A DNA stretch of 63,838 bases, filler included, from Intoshia linei (GCA_001642005.1; 6 parts of 6 records of this genome joined end to end with filler, not necessarily neighbours in it), one strand, 5' to 3'; positions 26,180 to 40,559 are shown, counted from the whole stretch's first letter. A program made the numbers and translations. The notes: generated by a model not told the origin, from the letters alone.

Positions 26180-27049
26180 TATACATATAATTATATCATA
26201 ATATATATAATTTGTTTTAAAAATCGCTTTAATCCTAAAAATGTCACTAATGTTACTCTTGTATGTTATTATTATATATTCCTCCTTAAAAATTAAGTTA
26301 AATCAAAAATTTTCCATTAATTTTGAAGTGGTAGCTTCTATGGCGTAATTAAAAAAATTATTCATGTCTAACATACTTACACGTATATCATATACGGTAT
26401 ATGATAAACAAACTACAATTGTTAAATCTACCGTATCCGAGATTCGACTTCGGAGGATCTCGACGAAATTTTTTTAAAATATAGGCATTAATTTACCAAA
26501 TTGAGCATTAAAAAATGCTTGAATATCTTAAATAATTTGTATTTTAAATTTAAAATGTCAACTCAAGAGTCTTAGAAAGGTGGATAGGGTTATATGACAC
26601 TACTATTCGTTTGGGAAATTTTTTAAAGATTGGCTCAGGGATCTACTATCCAACTAATTTAAATCGTTAATTAGATTAAATTTAAGGCACGTGAAAAATG
26701 TTAACGTTATTCAGTTAAACTTCTTTTCATTTTGATAAAATGTTTACGTTCACCAATAATAATAAATGATCGATAATGAATAATATTCTAATTTAATTAT
26801 ATTGTTAAAAAGAAGAGTATCTTTATTTAATTTAAAATTTTTCTTGTGGACCACCTAGAATTTCATATGGACCACTTTTGAAACTACTGATTATAATGGA
26901 TTCTTATTATTATTATTAACATATTATGGAACATAGTGTATATCATGGACATTTTTATTCCATTATTGTTCAATATTAACATAGCTGAACAAATTTATAT
27001 CAAATTTTGATAATTATTAAAAGTTATAATTCAATAGATTTTCTATAGA

Positions 27050-27340
27050 ATTTATAATAGTATCATTTTTAACAGTATTCCATGAATTAATTTAATTTTT
27101 TTAAGCAGGTTGCATAATCAATATCTGATTTTTCAGAGAATCCGAAGAAAATTTTTTTATATTACAATAAAAAGTGGATCAACCTTTTCTCCGGACATAA
27201 ACACGCAAAATAAAACTGTTATCCTCTCCCAATTTTGTTTTACTACATATATTACGATTTCAAAAGAGGTTAGAGTTTTGTTAGATCCTTCTATAGTATA
27301 ATCCAGTTTCATTAAAATTCCATACATCGTCTGGCTTATA
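27050..27340 (-). pseudogene. pogo/Tigger (DDE_1) transposase fragment
   Basis: YKPDDVWNFNETGLY...KTL...ERITVLFCVFMSGEKVDPLFI and a downstream SWNTVKNDTIIN block. Confidence 0.8.
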
Positions 27341-28084
27341 TTTAAAAATTTTTTTTATTATTATATTATTCGAAAAAGAATTTGGAACGTTTATTAAAAA
27401 CTAGTTAGAAAAAGTGATTTTTAGAAATGACTCAATTCTGACGTAAAAAATAGAAACTTTGGCCCATATAATACTTGTTATAATTTTAATTTGTTGTAAT
27501 GAAGTTTCTGTTTATATTTACGTAAGATTTTTCGAATAAACCCCCATTACCACATTGAAAGTAATTGTTATCACATTGGCAATCGTTATTCCATTTTGAA
27601 TTTAGCTATTATCACATCGATTGTAATTATTATCATATCTATAGTCAAATGGTATAGACGGCGAAAAGGTTAATCTAAAATAAATTAAAAAAAATATCTT
27701 GGAAGTTTCTTACATAGGTAACAGAATTGTTAACAAAATAAAATTAAGTGTGAATAACTACACAGTCCAACAAAATAACAACTTTATTTGAATGCAAGAT
27801 TAAAATTAAGTGTACCTAGACGAGATTTTTATTCTGAACAATAGGATATAATCAGTTTTTCTGGATAACGTCCAGATTTTTTTGAAATATGCCTAAAGTT
27901 CGAAAAAGTGCTTATATGGACATATTTGAAGGTCAATAAAAATGTTAAATAAAGTAGATATGTGGAGTTTTATATATGATTGGAAAGAGAAAGTCGTTGC
28001 GTTACACTTTACGCAATTATTAACAAAATTGAACACTATTGAACTAAATGAAGCGGATTATATAAAAAATATAATTTTATAATT

Positions 28085-28806
28085 GAATTTATTTTTTGAT
28101 TGAATTAAAAAATTTCACCTCGGTAGAGCTAGGTACTGTTTGTACCAAGTAAATAACAGTCAAGCAAGTTGTTTAAATAAGTAAGAATAATAACAAATTT
28201 AATAAACAATAAAATATTAAATAACATTGTCTTCTAATTTTATATTGAAATCTTCATAGTCTTCAATTTCATCATTTGATTTTAGCAAATTTGTCTAATT
28301 TAATTAAGAATGAATACAGGGACACGTCGTATATTCCAGTGGTTTTTAACTTTTTTAGTTCATAACCTTACCTAGGCATTATAATTCTTCAATACATTTA
28401 GGAAAATTTGGAACCACTGGATTATCCGATACTTTTTTAAATCGATTAATTTTCATTTATTTAGCATAAAAAATATTTTATCAACCACCTCCGGTAGTCA
28501 CGAAATGTGACCTCCCATTAAATCAATAATATCAGACTCGCCAATTTTTTTTTAAAATAAGTTTTTTTCATGATGTTAACAAACAAAAATTAAGATGGCA
28601 TAATTCACTTTAAAGTAAAAAGTAATGTGATATGATGGTTCCATCTGAAACAAATTTGGGAACTACTCATTTAAAAGATTAATAATAGTGAATAGTTGGA
28701 TTTTTAAATAAGATTTTCAACGTGAATTTATTTTTTAAGTATAATAAAAATGTGCCCTCGCCAGAGCTAAGTCCTGTTTATATGTAGTACATAACAGTCA
28801 ATCTAC
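28085..28806 (+). mobile_element. Two Helitron 3'-end fragments (~28085-28168 and ~28580-28806)
   Basis: Diverged CCTCG..AGAGCTA.GT.CTGTTT...AACAGTCAA terminal modules. Confidence 0.65.
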
Positions 28807-29273
28807 TTTGTTTATATTAGTATACATTTGAATGTGATTGTATACCATTTTTTTCGAAATTTAATGTTCTTAATACTGATAAAGTCATGTATGGTAGTTT
28901 TGTGATAATAGTGAAAAAATAAACATTTTTTGAAAATTTTTAGAGGATAGCTTGACATTATTAATTAACATTATTAAAACATTCTAAAATAATGAAAATG
29001 CATTTATACTATAGTTAAGTTTAATTAAAAATGCATATCCAATTGCTAAACTAAAAAGCCTATAAGTTAAATTATATGATATAAGTCGTCCTACGGACTC
29101 GTATCATAAATCAGACTCTTACAATAAGAGTCTTATTGTAAAGATAATTTAAAAAATTCTTAACTAGAAGGGTAAATAACTATTGTACGGATGAATAAGT
29201 TCGTGTCTATTAGTGTAATTTAGAAAAATAATTTTGATTATAATCTAAATAATAGCTAAAACTAAATTAATTA

Positions 29274-30200
29274 CCGCGTAATTAAGGAAATTTTCTGATT
29301 CTGGATTATAATTTGTAAAGACTAGTTTAAACTTTGAATAATCATTTTCCTTATATGTTTCAAAAGGATAATTCACATTGAGTTGTAAACCGAAATTAGG
29401 ATATTTTGTGTATTCTAAAGAGTATTTATATTGAAAATTAAAATTTAACTTCAGAAATCTGTTTAGAACAACATGTATAAAAGATTTATATTGTACCAAA
29501 ATGCTTTTTCATGTATTATAAAAAATTGAAAAAATTTGATCTCTACCTACTTCTCAATCTGATCCTTTAAAGCGCCATAGTTTATTTTTAATTTACTTTG
29601 AAAGAATAATAAAATTGTAAATATGTAAAATTACAGAGAAATTTTCCTAGATTAAGTGTTATAATTTAAACAATCTAGAATAGTTGACGCAGGTTTATAT
29701 CTTTATAGATACATTAGAATTTTAGTCACCCTCTCAACCGGTCTATGGAACGTATTAATATATTAACTATGATTACAGTTCCAATATAGTGGTTCGTTTA
29801 GATTAAATTAAACCTCTGCCAATTGGTAAATTCCAATGCTTTGGCCTAGTGGTAACGTTTTGATTAATTGTCCAAAAAGCTCCTCGAATTTCATAATTAA
29901 AAAATTTGAATTTCAAAAACCATATTTGATTACAGGCATGTCTTATAGAACTCTAAAAATAATTATTTAATTGCAATAAAAATTATACTTTCCAACTTTT
30001 TATATTGCTTACGCTCATATACCTGAAATATGGATATTTTTTCCTAAAAGAATTAATTAGTTTTATTAATAATTTATTAAAAAATGAAATTATATTTTCT
30101 AAACAAATTTTTTTCAATTTTTCAACGTTTCGTTATTAGATTAATATTACATTCTATTAAATAAATGCAATATTGAAGCATCTCAAAGTTTAATCGGTTT
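29274..30200 (-). CDS. Possible multi-exon hypothetical gene fragment
   Basis: Open segments ending at GT donors (YEIRGAFWTINQNVTTRPKHWNLPIGR; YPNFGLQLNVNYPFETY...FLNYA); no family recognised. Confidence 0.3.
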
Positions 30201-30284
30201 TAAATCATTTTTCTGAAAAAATAATAAACTTGATATTTTGTTACACGTAACAACTAAGAAGTACTACTTATAACTTCATGGGTC

Positions 30285-30385
30285 ATCAGTAGAGTCGACA
30301 AATGCAACTTTTTATGGCACTAAAAAATTTGTAGCACTAAAGTTACTAAACAACAAGAAGACAACAATTAATGCAAAGTTCATTA
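30285..30385 (+). repeat. Dispersed repeat end, second copy at ~60068-60165 (-)
   Basis: TAGAGTCGACAAATGCAA.TTTTTATGGCACTAAAAAATTT.TAGCACTAAAGTTACTAA is shared with the MTG2 intron. Confidence 0.8.
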
Positions 30386-30485
30386 NNNNNNNNNNNNNNN
30401 NNNNNNNNNNNNNNNNNNNNNNNNNNNNNTTAATTAATTAANNNNNNNNNNNNNNNNNNNNNNNNNNNNNNNNNNNNNNNNNNNN
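30386..30485. other. Artificial contig spacer
   Basis: 44 N + TTAATTAATTAA + 44 N. Confidence 0.95.
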
Positions 30486-31759
30486 TGTAGTTGCTATGAT
30501 TTCGTCAAGCTTAAGAGGTGTTTACATGTTTATTTTGTCATTAAATCAAAGAATATGTTTCATCTAATTAATTTGCCTTTGAATGAAAAAAAAAGCGTGG
30601 AAGACTAAAGAAAGTTACAACGAAGGCTTCTGCGTGTTATTATTCACGTAAGAAAATGGAAATGTGATTAAATAAAGTTTTTAGTATTTATAAAGTTATT
30701 AATAAAGTATTTATTAATAACGTGTTATTCGTATAAATCATGTCAGCATTCAAACGAATTTTAATACATATAAAAGGGTATAAGTAATCATTTTAATTTT
30801 TTAATATCCTTTTTCTGATCTTTATTACGTTTATTTTTTTATTGGCGTGTATTGATTAATTTGGCGTTTTAATAAAAAATTAAGCTTATTTTTCAATAAT
30901 TTGGCGGCTGGTGTTTAATTTGCCGTATATTCTATTAATATGGCTTACGAAAAAATGGGAAACCTATAAATAAATTCAAAATAGTCTTCAATTTCACTTT
31001 TCAATTTCTGTTTTAACAATTTTTTCAATTGACAATTGTTTTTTCCTACCAGACCTTTTTCGATTTGAACCAGAAAATTACGGATCATTTGTAAATTTTA
31101 TTTTTATAAATAAAACAGTCGATTGAGACACACAAAATAAATTAACATTTTTTTTTAATAATTAAGAAGGTTTAATATATATTTCTTTGTATCGAAGGGA
31201 GTATCTTGCCTTTTACTTTAATAATTTTTTACATATATTATTTAAACGGTGATTTAATTATTATTTTTTAATTACAAATATTTTCAACTTTTTTTTGATG
31301 TAGTATAATTCAACAGTTGTTTGTATTTTAAAATTAATATGGTGGTTTAGTTAATAAAAAATATATAGCTAATAAATGAATATATAAAAAATTATTATAA
31401 TAATATGATCAACCCTGTATATCAACGTGGAATGTAGGCGAACATTCAATTGAACGACATAATCATTGATTTTACTATAACGTTATATATTACGTTAAAT
31501 AAATAATATAAATATAAAATAATAAACGTAATAATTTTTAAATATCGGTCCGTTTTTTTCAGTTGCAGTCTATATACTCTCACCACCTCCAGGGCCATAT
31601 CGATAACTTTGGGAACACAGATAAAATAGAAATTGATAACTGGTTTTCAACCTTTTTACGTAAATTTTTAAATGTTTTTTATTAATTTATTAAAATTATT
31701 TTGCATTTTTCGATCCACTCCTAAAAAATTCTAAAATATAAAAAGTATATTATATCTAG

Positions 31760-32028
31760 AAACTACGACGACAGGGATACAGTGGTCTAATTTTATTGGA
31801 TGCAATTCACGATATTGTTCTTGAAATGACGTCAATTTCTGATATTAAAAAAAGTAACATTCTGAATCGTTTGGGGGTAAATTTTATTTTTTTTTAATAA
31901 AACGTTTACAATTTATAATGTATATTTAGGTAATTGAATCTCGACTAATTCAAGGAGCGAATGAATCCATACAATTACAAGATTTGAGTGCTCATTTGTA
32001 TGAAAATTTAAACATGTCTATAGTTTAA
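31760..32028 (+). CDS. RFC4: Replication factor C small subunit, last two exons (RFC4-like)
   Basis: KLRRQGYSGLILLDAIHDIVLEMTSISDIKKSNILNRLG|VIESRLIQGANESIQLQDL matches the Rep_fac_C domain; intron 31877-31929. Confidence 0.7.
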
Positions 32029-32906
32029 TAATGAATTTGTAATATATTAATACATATTTACATTAGCTAATTATTTTTACTTGTATAAATTAATAGTTTC
32101 TAAAATATATTGTCTATGGCTAATAATTTATTTAGAAAACTGACAGTTTCAAAAATTCTAACACATTCTAAGATTATTTTTTTGAGTCAGATTTTAAAAT
32201 ATATAGGACTCACAAATTAGAATTTTTAATATGAAAAACAAATTACCCTTTACGCTTACTATCTATCTGATAAGTAAATTATACTTTCCATTTCGATATT
32301 TCGAAAAATTTTAATTTATATATAAATCACAGTTGATTATAATTTCTTGGGACCTAATTTTTTTTAAATTACATGACAATTTGTGCGTATCAATTGATTA
32401 AAATATTATTTTAAAATGTTTAATTATAACGTTGAGGAGCACAATCATCGAATTTTCAATGGTATACTTAAAATTTAAGTTAAATGTATATAATGCTAGA
32501 TAACGTTTATCATTATTTGTAAATGTATATTTAATTTATATTTATTATTTATGTTACATATCGTAGTTGAGTTAATATTGACGTATTGAGAGAATTTTAA
32601 ATCTGATTAAAATTTGTAAGTTATAATGAAAGGCTATGTTGCATTTTAATACAAAACTGTGTCACGTTCATCGATATTGTATAAAGTTATTTAATTGTAT
32701 ACATTCAATTTAGTAAATATATCTACCAAAATGCGAAAACCATACGGCATAACGAGTATTAGAAGTCACTATTAACACATTGTAATGTGCGTATTATTAG
32801 TATGCTAACTAGCAAAGTTATTTTTAAATTATTGGTTTGATTATTTTAATTTTATAGTAGTATTCATTTACAAATTTGCATTTTAATCGAATTTAGTTAT
32901 AGCCAA

Positions 32907-33547
32907 ATGTCTAAAGACTTGCGATGTATACGTTTTTCTGAGGTTCAAGAACATCAAAGTAACAATTCTATATGGGTTGTAATGGACAACAAAGTATACG
33001 ATTTAACTGAATTTCAGAGTGTTGTAATATTTATGATTCATAATATATCCTTTTCAATATTATCTGTTATTAATCTTATTTTAGCATCCTGGTGGCGCCG
33101 ATATTATTCAAGCTCAGAATGGTAAATGTCGATTTTTCGTTTTATATTTTAAATTAGGTCTCGATGCTACCGATGAATTTAATTTTGTAGGTCATTCTCA
33201 GGATGCTATAGGTTGAATAATTTGTCCAATTTCTATATTATATTAAAAAACTTAGATTTACGAAAAGACTACCAAATTGGCTGTTTGCATGAGGTAATTT
33301 TGATTTTCTTGTTTTTTTAGATTTTGATTTATAATTTTAGGACGATATAAAGGCCAAACCCGTAAGTTTATTTTTGAATGATAATTAATATTAGATTGAA
33401 AAAAGGAAGATTACACCTAAATTGTATCTGATCAAATATAAACGGTTTTTATTTTCCATTTTTTGTTTATTTATAATTATTTTTAGTCAAATTTTTTCTG
33501 TTGTAATTGTGAGTATAGCTTTGTCGTTGTGGTACAAGTTTAAATAA
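32907..33547 (+). CDS. Tail-anchored cytochrome b5, 7 exons
   Basis: WVVMDNKVYDLTEF..HPGGADII...GLDATDEFNFVGHSQDA...YQIG.L; C-terminal TM IFSVVIVSIALSLWYKFK*. Confidence 0.95.
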
Positions 33548-35809
33548 ATGTTATTTTTGATTTTATATATATTTAAATTTAAAAGATATAATTTAAAAGA
33601 TTTTAATATTGATTGTTCAAAAGGTATCATTTGACGATGGTGTATATGTTGATTAGGATTTCGAGCTTGATAGGTTCGGCTTAACGCCTTCAAATTCAAA
33701 CAATCACTTTATCTTCATTATTTTTTATTTCGTAACTTTTATTTAAACACAAATGCAATAATTCAGCAATTGAATCACTATAATCAGGGCTGGCTGAAAT
33801 GCTGGAACTGATACCAACAGTAGTGTTTTTAGTGAAAATTTTATTAAATTTATGAGAATTTCGTCGATAAAATAAACTTCCACTTTATTTAAGAAAGTAG
33901 GAGGTGTAAACTTTTACAAATATACTTTTTATATAACTTACTATTATGGTTTTTCGAGAGTGAGGTTTAGCGAAAATTTCATTTTTAGAAATTGAGTCCT
34001 TCATGGACAAACCACAAAATTAATCATTTTGTTAAATAAAATAAGTCACAAAATTTTAAAACAATGCGTTTACTCCTCCATATTTTTAAAGTTAACATGT
34101 ATAAAATATTCAATCTGACAAAAAGATGCCTTCATGGTTAAAAAACCACTTTGGTATTGATTTTTTTTATTTGGTAAGTACATATATATAATATAATAAT
34201 TGGTAAATATATAAAAATAAAAAATTTAAAATAATTAATGGTCATACAGTATATTTAAAAAAAAAGTTTATTCTGATATAGCTTATTCCAGTTGATAGAA
34301 ATACAAAATTTCAACCCAGAAATCTGCGTATTCGGGGTGAAAAGTAAGTTTTAATATTTTAATTTTTTGTAATGTAAATTTTAATCTTACTATTTTGGAA
34401 AAAAATGGAAATTGACTGGATAAACATTTGAAATGCAGAAATATGGGTTTCTATCGAATAAATTGATGCCTATCTTTTTTATCATTGCTATCCATAGCTG
34501 AATCTACCTAGTTTGAGGACACCCGAAAATTTAAGATGTGATATCATACACCAGATGTGTAATGTCATATACCCCTAACAACCTCTCTAAGACCTTTGAC
34601 TTGATATTTAAATTTATCAAACAAAATAGTTATGATATTGAATATAATTTTTATTGCTCAATTTGGAAAAATAATGCTCCCATTTTACAAAATCTAAAAT
34701 ACTTCTAGGCTCGGAGAGAAATCTCTAGTACGGTAAGTTCGGCACTGGTAGAACACGTTTAAAGGACGAACATATACACAGGATATGTGTTCTTAAACAA
34801 ATTAAGTATTAAGATACATACTACTTATAGCCATTATACATACATTAGGTGTGTGACAAAATTTTAAAAATTACTCGCTGGATCGGAAAAACTTAAGTAA
34901 TTAATCAAAAATAATAATACAAAAAAAATATCTAAATTAGATAAAAATTTACGGAGACGCTTGCGATTTTAAAGATCCCATACAAAAATTAAAATATACA
35001 TTTATTTAATGCAGTGGTTCTTAACCGGGGTTGCATAATTAATTTTTGGGTACATGTCCCTCAAAATCATTAAAATAATTCGTCTAAATGGCCATTGAAT
35101 AAATGTAGATTTAAATAAATTACGTTCTCATCGATGTGGTCGTACACATAATTGTTAAAAAATATTTTAAATTTCGAAATATGTGAAATCTTATCGGTGA
35201 TAAAGCGTTTTTAATCAATTGTATCAATAAAAACGACATAACTTTGTTAATCACCTAATATTTAATAGAAGTTTTCAAATAGCTAGTAGAATAAACTTGT
35301 AATCGAGTTATTGTTAAATTTAATGGATTTAATAACGAGTATACAAAAAAAAATTTTCTTGTACTTACAAACGAGAAACTACTAAATTATCATTGTAACA
35401 ATTTTCACTAAAAACAAAAATAAATGAGGTAGAATTGAATTTAAAGATGCAAAGTGAACAACCAAACATGACGATCAACATAAGACCACTCAAAACAAAA
35501 CAGAATCTCATATTATTAATAACATTTCAGTAGATAAAGTTATATTTTAGTTTTTGTAGAACATGTTTGTATGAAAATTTTAAAATGGAAAGGATCTCCG
35601 CAAAAAAAATTCTCCAAAATCTATTTTTTTTCAATGTAGCCATAAAACTGTCATATGTCTCATTTCTCCGTTCCTACACCATAAAATTCTACCACCCATA
35701 TATATATATATAAATTCTTCACACCCCTAACATACATGAATAGTTTCAAATATTAAAATTTAAGACAAATTTTATTAACAAATAAATAACAATAATTACA
35801 ACACTAAGA

Positions 35810-36975
35810 ACTTAAGCTGCAGCAATATATGAAAATATACACAAAACATTATAACAAATTTTTTCAGGCTAAAAAAATATTCATTATTTTCAAGTTATTA
35901 ACATACGACATCAGTGTTTAAGTAATTTGTAGAAAAATTATCATTTATTGGATCTAAATAAATTCATAAGTAGATCAATACTATTACTTTAATTAGTTGC
36001 AAATTAATGTAGATAAACAGTAGTAGTACTATTAATTTGACACACCTTCATGTTCAATGTTAACCAATGTTTCGTATATTATTAGATCAAAATAAAATAA
36101 AAACTAAACTTTGATCACATATATAAGGTGAGCCCATTTTAACTCGTGACGTTGTTAGTGGGATTCTAAACGTTGATGTTTAAATAGGCTTAACAAACTT
36201 AAAGTTTAAAATAATTTTTTATGTAAAAAGGTGTCCTCGCTGATCCATCCACTGGCAACTACAGACCATACAGTTATTTTAAAAAATTACCATAATATTC
36301 TATAACAATTACATTTTCGTCTTTGAAAAAACATCTCTTGACATTTTCTAGTTTATACAAAATCTAAAAACATATTTTATTTTTTCCGTACATCTCTGGA
36401 GAAATTTATCAATAATAAATCCTGAGATACAAAAAACTTTAAATAAATGAGAATTTTATATTAAAAAGGTGTACTTGATCTGAATTAAATTGCAATTTAA
36501 TACCATCCTGACTAACAAATAATCGACCCGGGTTTATTTTATCTTTATCCTCCGTCTCATATATAACATATTCGTGTTCTATAAATTTTTTATCTAAATT
36601 TAAAAGTATAAAAATAAACTAAACTAAAGCAATATCAATACAATTACTTTTACAATCAAGTCCATAAATTTCAACAGTCTCCTTCATTGATATTTTTATA
36701 TCCTTGTACAAATCATCACACTATTATAATTATAAATAAAATGACAATGTATAAATAAGTCAATGTTTCCTCTGATACGGAATGCTGCTGAAGGTTCTGT
36801 CAACTGAAAATCGGAATAGGATTAAATTAAAGTACCAATAGAAACGTTTACATCTAGAAAAATGTCTTAAAACCGTTATAGGAAAGCTTGGATGACCAAT
36901 GTCGGCAAGGTTTGTAATTTCTATACCACAAAATTGATATTTTACCGCGCACAATACTAAAAGTAAAGACGTCAT
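35810..36975 (-). CDS. Multi-exon hypothetical protein with a possible signal peptide (3' end approximate)
   Basis: MTSLLLVLCAVKYQFCG start followed by consecutive GT-AG bounded open exons (LTEPSAAFRIRGNI; DDLYKDIKISMKETVEIYGLDCK; KKFIEHEYVIYETEDKDKINPGRLFVSQDG). Confidence 0.5.
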
Positions 36976-39095
36976 GTTTTTATTTTTAAAATTAAAATAC
37001 ATTTCAATTTGACAGTTTAAAATGTCAATTTAGTAAATTTCAATATCAATTTTAGATTCTAAGAAGTTTTACTATAACGTGTATTATATGCAGTTTATAG
37101 ATTAGTGAGTTTTTAGCTTCTATTGAAAACATGGATTCACTCTTCGCGTTCATGCCTTTTAACAAAACTCGTATTTTAATTGTGAAATTAATTGTGAAAA
37201 TTATGCACTACATGTAGACATGATAAATAAATAATAAATAAGTTTATAATTGTTATACGAGTAAAAATTATTCATATTTTTATCAAATTTCAAAATTTTC
37301 AATTTTTAATCTAATGGCGCGACTTATAAATTTCAAATTATTGGAATATGGCCCTATGTGAGTAATGATTTCCCCATTCCTGCACTACGGTATTTCTAGC
37401 AAAGTAAGTACTACTGAACAAAAATCTGAACCATCCAATATATTTTTCGCGGTTAGCCTCTAATTTTTCCATATTAAGTAATTAATCATTATAACAATCA
37501 TAACCGATAAAAAATATTAAAATTATTCAGTCCTGAAGCATGACTCATGGTAGTACATCTAACGTAGAACTCAGACATTTGGAAAGATTTTTGGGATATT
37601 TTAGTCACTTTATAATTGTTAATCAAGGAAGTATGAAATTGCGGTTACTGTTTGACTATTTATATTTATTTTACCTCTAAAGTTTCCAGTTTATACAGAA
37701 TTGCTTTCTTTTCTTCAATTAACCATAAACATATTAATTTTTTATGCTTGGAACATGTTATATTTATTAATTTTTCAAATTTCCAAACATTTAATATTTG
37801 TCCGTCATTTGATCGTACTAGAATTGAATTTGGAGATAACTAAAATATAAAATTGGTACGTTAGGCACAACCAACTTGTAACTTTGATAACTTGTAACTT
37901 GTTATAACTGACTGTAGTACTATTCGTCCAACTACAACGAAATATGAAATAAATTGCCAGAATTACTTTCACATTTATGATCTCACTGATGTGAGGTATA
38001 CGTATCATGTATCATGTATGTCCGTGGAAAGCTAACAATCGGTCTGCGCCAGATAAAAACACCAGATGACCCTACATAAGGGGTCTTTAAAATTTTTGAC
38101 ATATGAGCAAATTTTATAAATGTAATAGTTTCGTGGATACCAAATTAATCCATACTTTACTATATACTTTAAAATTGAGTGACCATGTGGGTCCTATAGT
38201 TTAATGTAAAAATTAATCGTCCTAGAATTTGAGAAAATCAATTATCAATACGTTTTCGAGATAGACGTTTTATTTATCATTAAAAAATTTTATTTTCAAC
38301 AATTAAGGCCTTCATAGTTAAAAACTTTAATTAGTATTTTTATTTTTTTTTTTTTTTAAAAACTTGGGCAGTTCAATGATTAACGATTTTATAGATATAC
38401 AATTTTTAATACAATTTTTTTATTTCAGATGATGTCATAGTTACACTATATAGAACTTATTATAGTAGTTCGAATTTTTTTCATCGTCGGGGTACCAACT
38501 GTATACTATGTTGTGAACCGCTAGGTTAACAAATAAATAGTGTTTGAATATTATATAAAATAAAAAATTACGTCGATATAACAAGCTATTGGAGTTTCAC
38601 TTTCTTCATCAAATAATTTAATAAAATATATTTTATTTTCATTATAATATTCACTTGATATATTTTTTAAATTAATATATTTGTAATTCTAAAATTGTAA
38701 AATAAACATACAATGCAATGTAATGTATTAGTAATGTATGCAAATAGTAATACATGTACACCAGGGGTTCTCAACGTAGGCCATGTGGTCCACTTGTGAA
38801 CCACAGAAAATTTTCAACATTAAAAAAAATTTGGTGTATTAAGTCATAAAATTGCTAACCAAAAAAAATCTATAAATGCATAATGAATTTGAAATTATGG
38901 TTTACAGATCTTCAACACTTTGAACCAGATGATGAAACCAATCCTGAACTAACTGAAAAACTATTAGACTTAATTTAATTATTTTAAGTCTTAAAAGAAG
39001 ATTTTAAATTAGTAAGACGAATAGAAAAGAAAAGTGTATTGGGATATATGGGAATTCAAGAATCAAATCCAATTGTGTTTGATAATGTTCAACCA

Positions 39096-39195
39096 NNNNN
39101 NNNNNNNNNNNNNNNNNNNNNNNNNNNNNNNNNNNNNNNTTAATTAATTAANNNNNNNNNNNNNNNNNNNNNNNNNNNNNNNNNNNNNNNNNNNN
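39096..39195. other. Artificial contig spacer
   Basis: 44 N + TTAATTAATTAA + 44 N. Confidence 0.95.
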
Positions 39196-39429
39196 TATCA
39201 GCGTATATATTTTTTTAAATTCTCCAACTCGTTTGATTTTAAAAAAAAGGATAATTGGGGTTTTTAACCCGTAAGATGTGAGTTTGGGAAGTTGAAATTT
39301 ATGTTATTATCACCCCACAAAAAACTGTAATTGAAATGTTGACTTTATAAATTTCTAAGACTGGTGGTTATTGAAATAAAGTGGAACACACACAAACAAA
39401 TATTGCGTAGCATATTATTTAAGTAAGGA
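39196..39429 (-). mobile_element. Helitron 5' portion cut by the contig end
   Basis: TCCTTACTTAAATAATATGCTACGC plus (TG)n, near-identical to 14882-15117. Confidence 0.75.
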
Positions 39430-40559
39430 ATTCTTTTTAAGTATTATTATCCATTATTAAGGATTATACAAAATAGACTATAATATACATGTTTAAATGA
39501 ACTATAAGTTACAAACATTAAACGTCGTGCGCATCTAACCCAAAAATGTTTGCAAATTTTAATGCTGACATGATGTTTGTAATCATAATACTAGACTAAT
39601 TTTTACTAAGGCTAAGAGAGATTCCGTTATGCGAAACACTCTAATCTACACTGTATGTTAATTTCTTAGATGTTTAATGTAAAATTTATCTTAAAAAGAA
39701 TTTTTCATTGAATATTCATCAAACCACCGTAAAACAATCTCAAATATTAAATTTGATTAAAAAATTTACGATGCAACATTTCCAATTAATTCAATCAAAT
39801 GGAATTTTCCATGAATTATAATTAAAATACACATTCTTTTCAATTGTTTCAATTATTTTTATCATTAATTTATTTGATCTATTTGAGCAAAAAACAATTG
39901 TAAACTTCGAAAATAAAGATTTCAAAATGATCGTTTTTAAATGAAGAATTTAACTTTATATCTGGCAACTCTGCTTAGATAAAGTGACCAGAAAAATACG
40001 TACTATTACTTTTAGAATATTTGGAATAAATTTTAAGCCGAAAATTTTTATTCGTCATCATAGATAAGTAGTTTTGGCTTTACATTTAACTAGGCTGACC
40101 ATATTTTTGTCGTACTATTAGTATTAATTTTGTTGCTTAGAAACAAAAATATGTTTTTGATTAATTTTTGATGGGTGCATAATTATGGACCAACAAATAA
40201 ATAATATTACAAAAAAATTTATAACCATAACTATAACTATAACATAATTTTTCTGTAATATTATTTATTTTCTTCTAATATGCTATTTTTTTTGATGTTT
40301 AATAATAATATCACGATTTTTTTATTAGAAAAATGAACATTTAAGTTAAATTTCAATTTATAAGTTAGTTTATTTTTGAAAAGTACGTCGAAAGTACGAC
40401 TTTGGAACAGTGGCAAAAGTCGTACTTCTGGTCGCACTAATTTAACACCCAATAAACTAAAATTGATAATATGTATTTTTTCTGGTCACTTAGCTTAGAA
40501 CATGTATATATTCATTGAAAACTAATTAATAAATTTATATTATTCCATAAATAAAAACT

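Noticed and set aside
29835-29895. tRNA-like A-box TGGCCTAGTGGTAA (similar motifs near 3612 and 61358)
   Set aside because: No GTTCRA B-box or cloverleaf stems.
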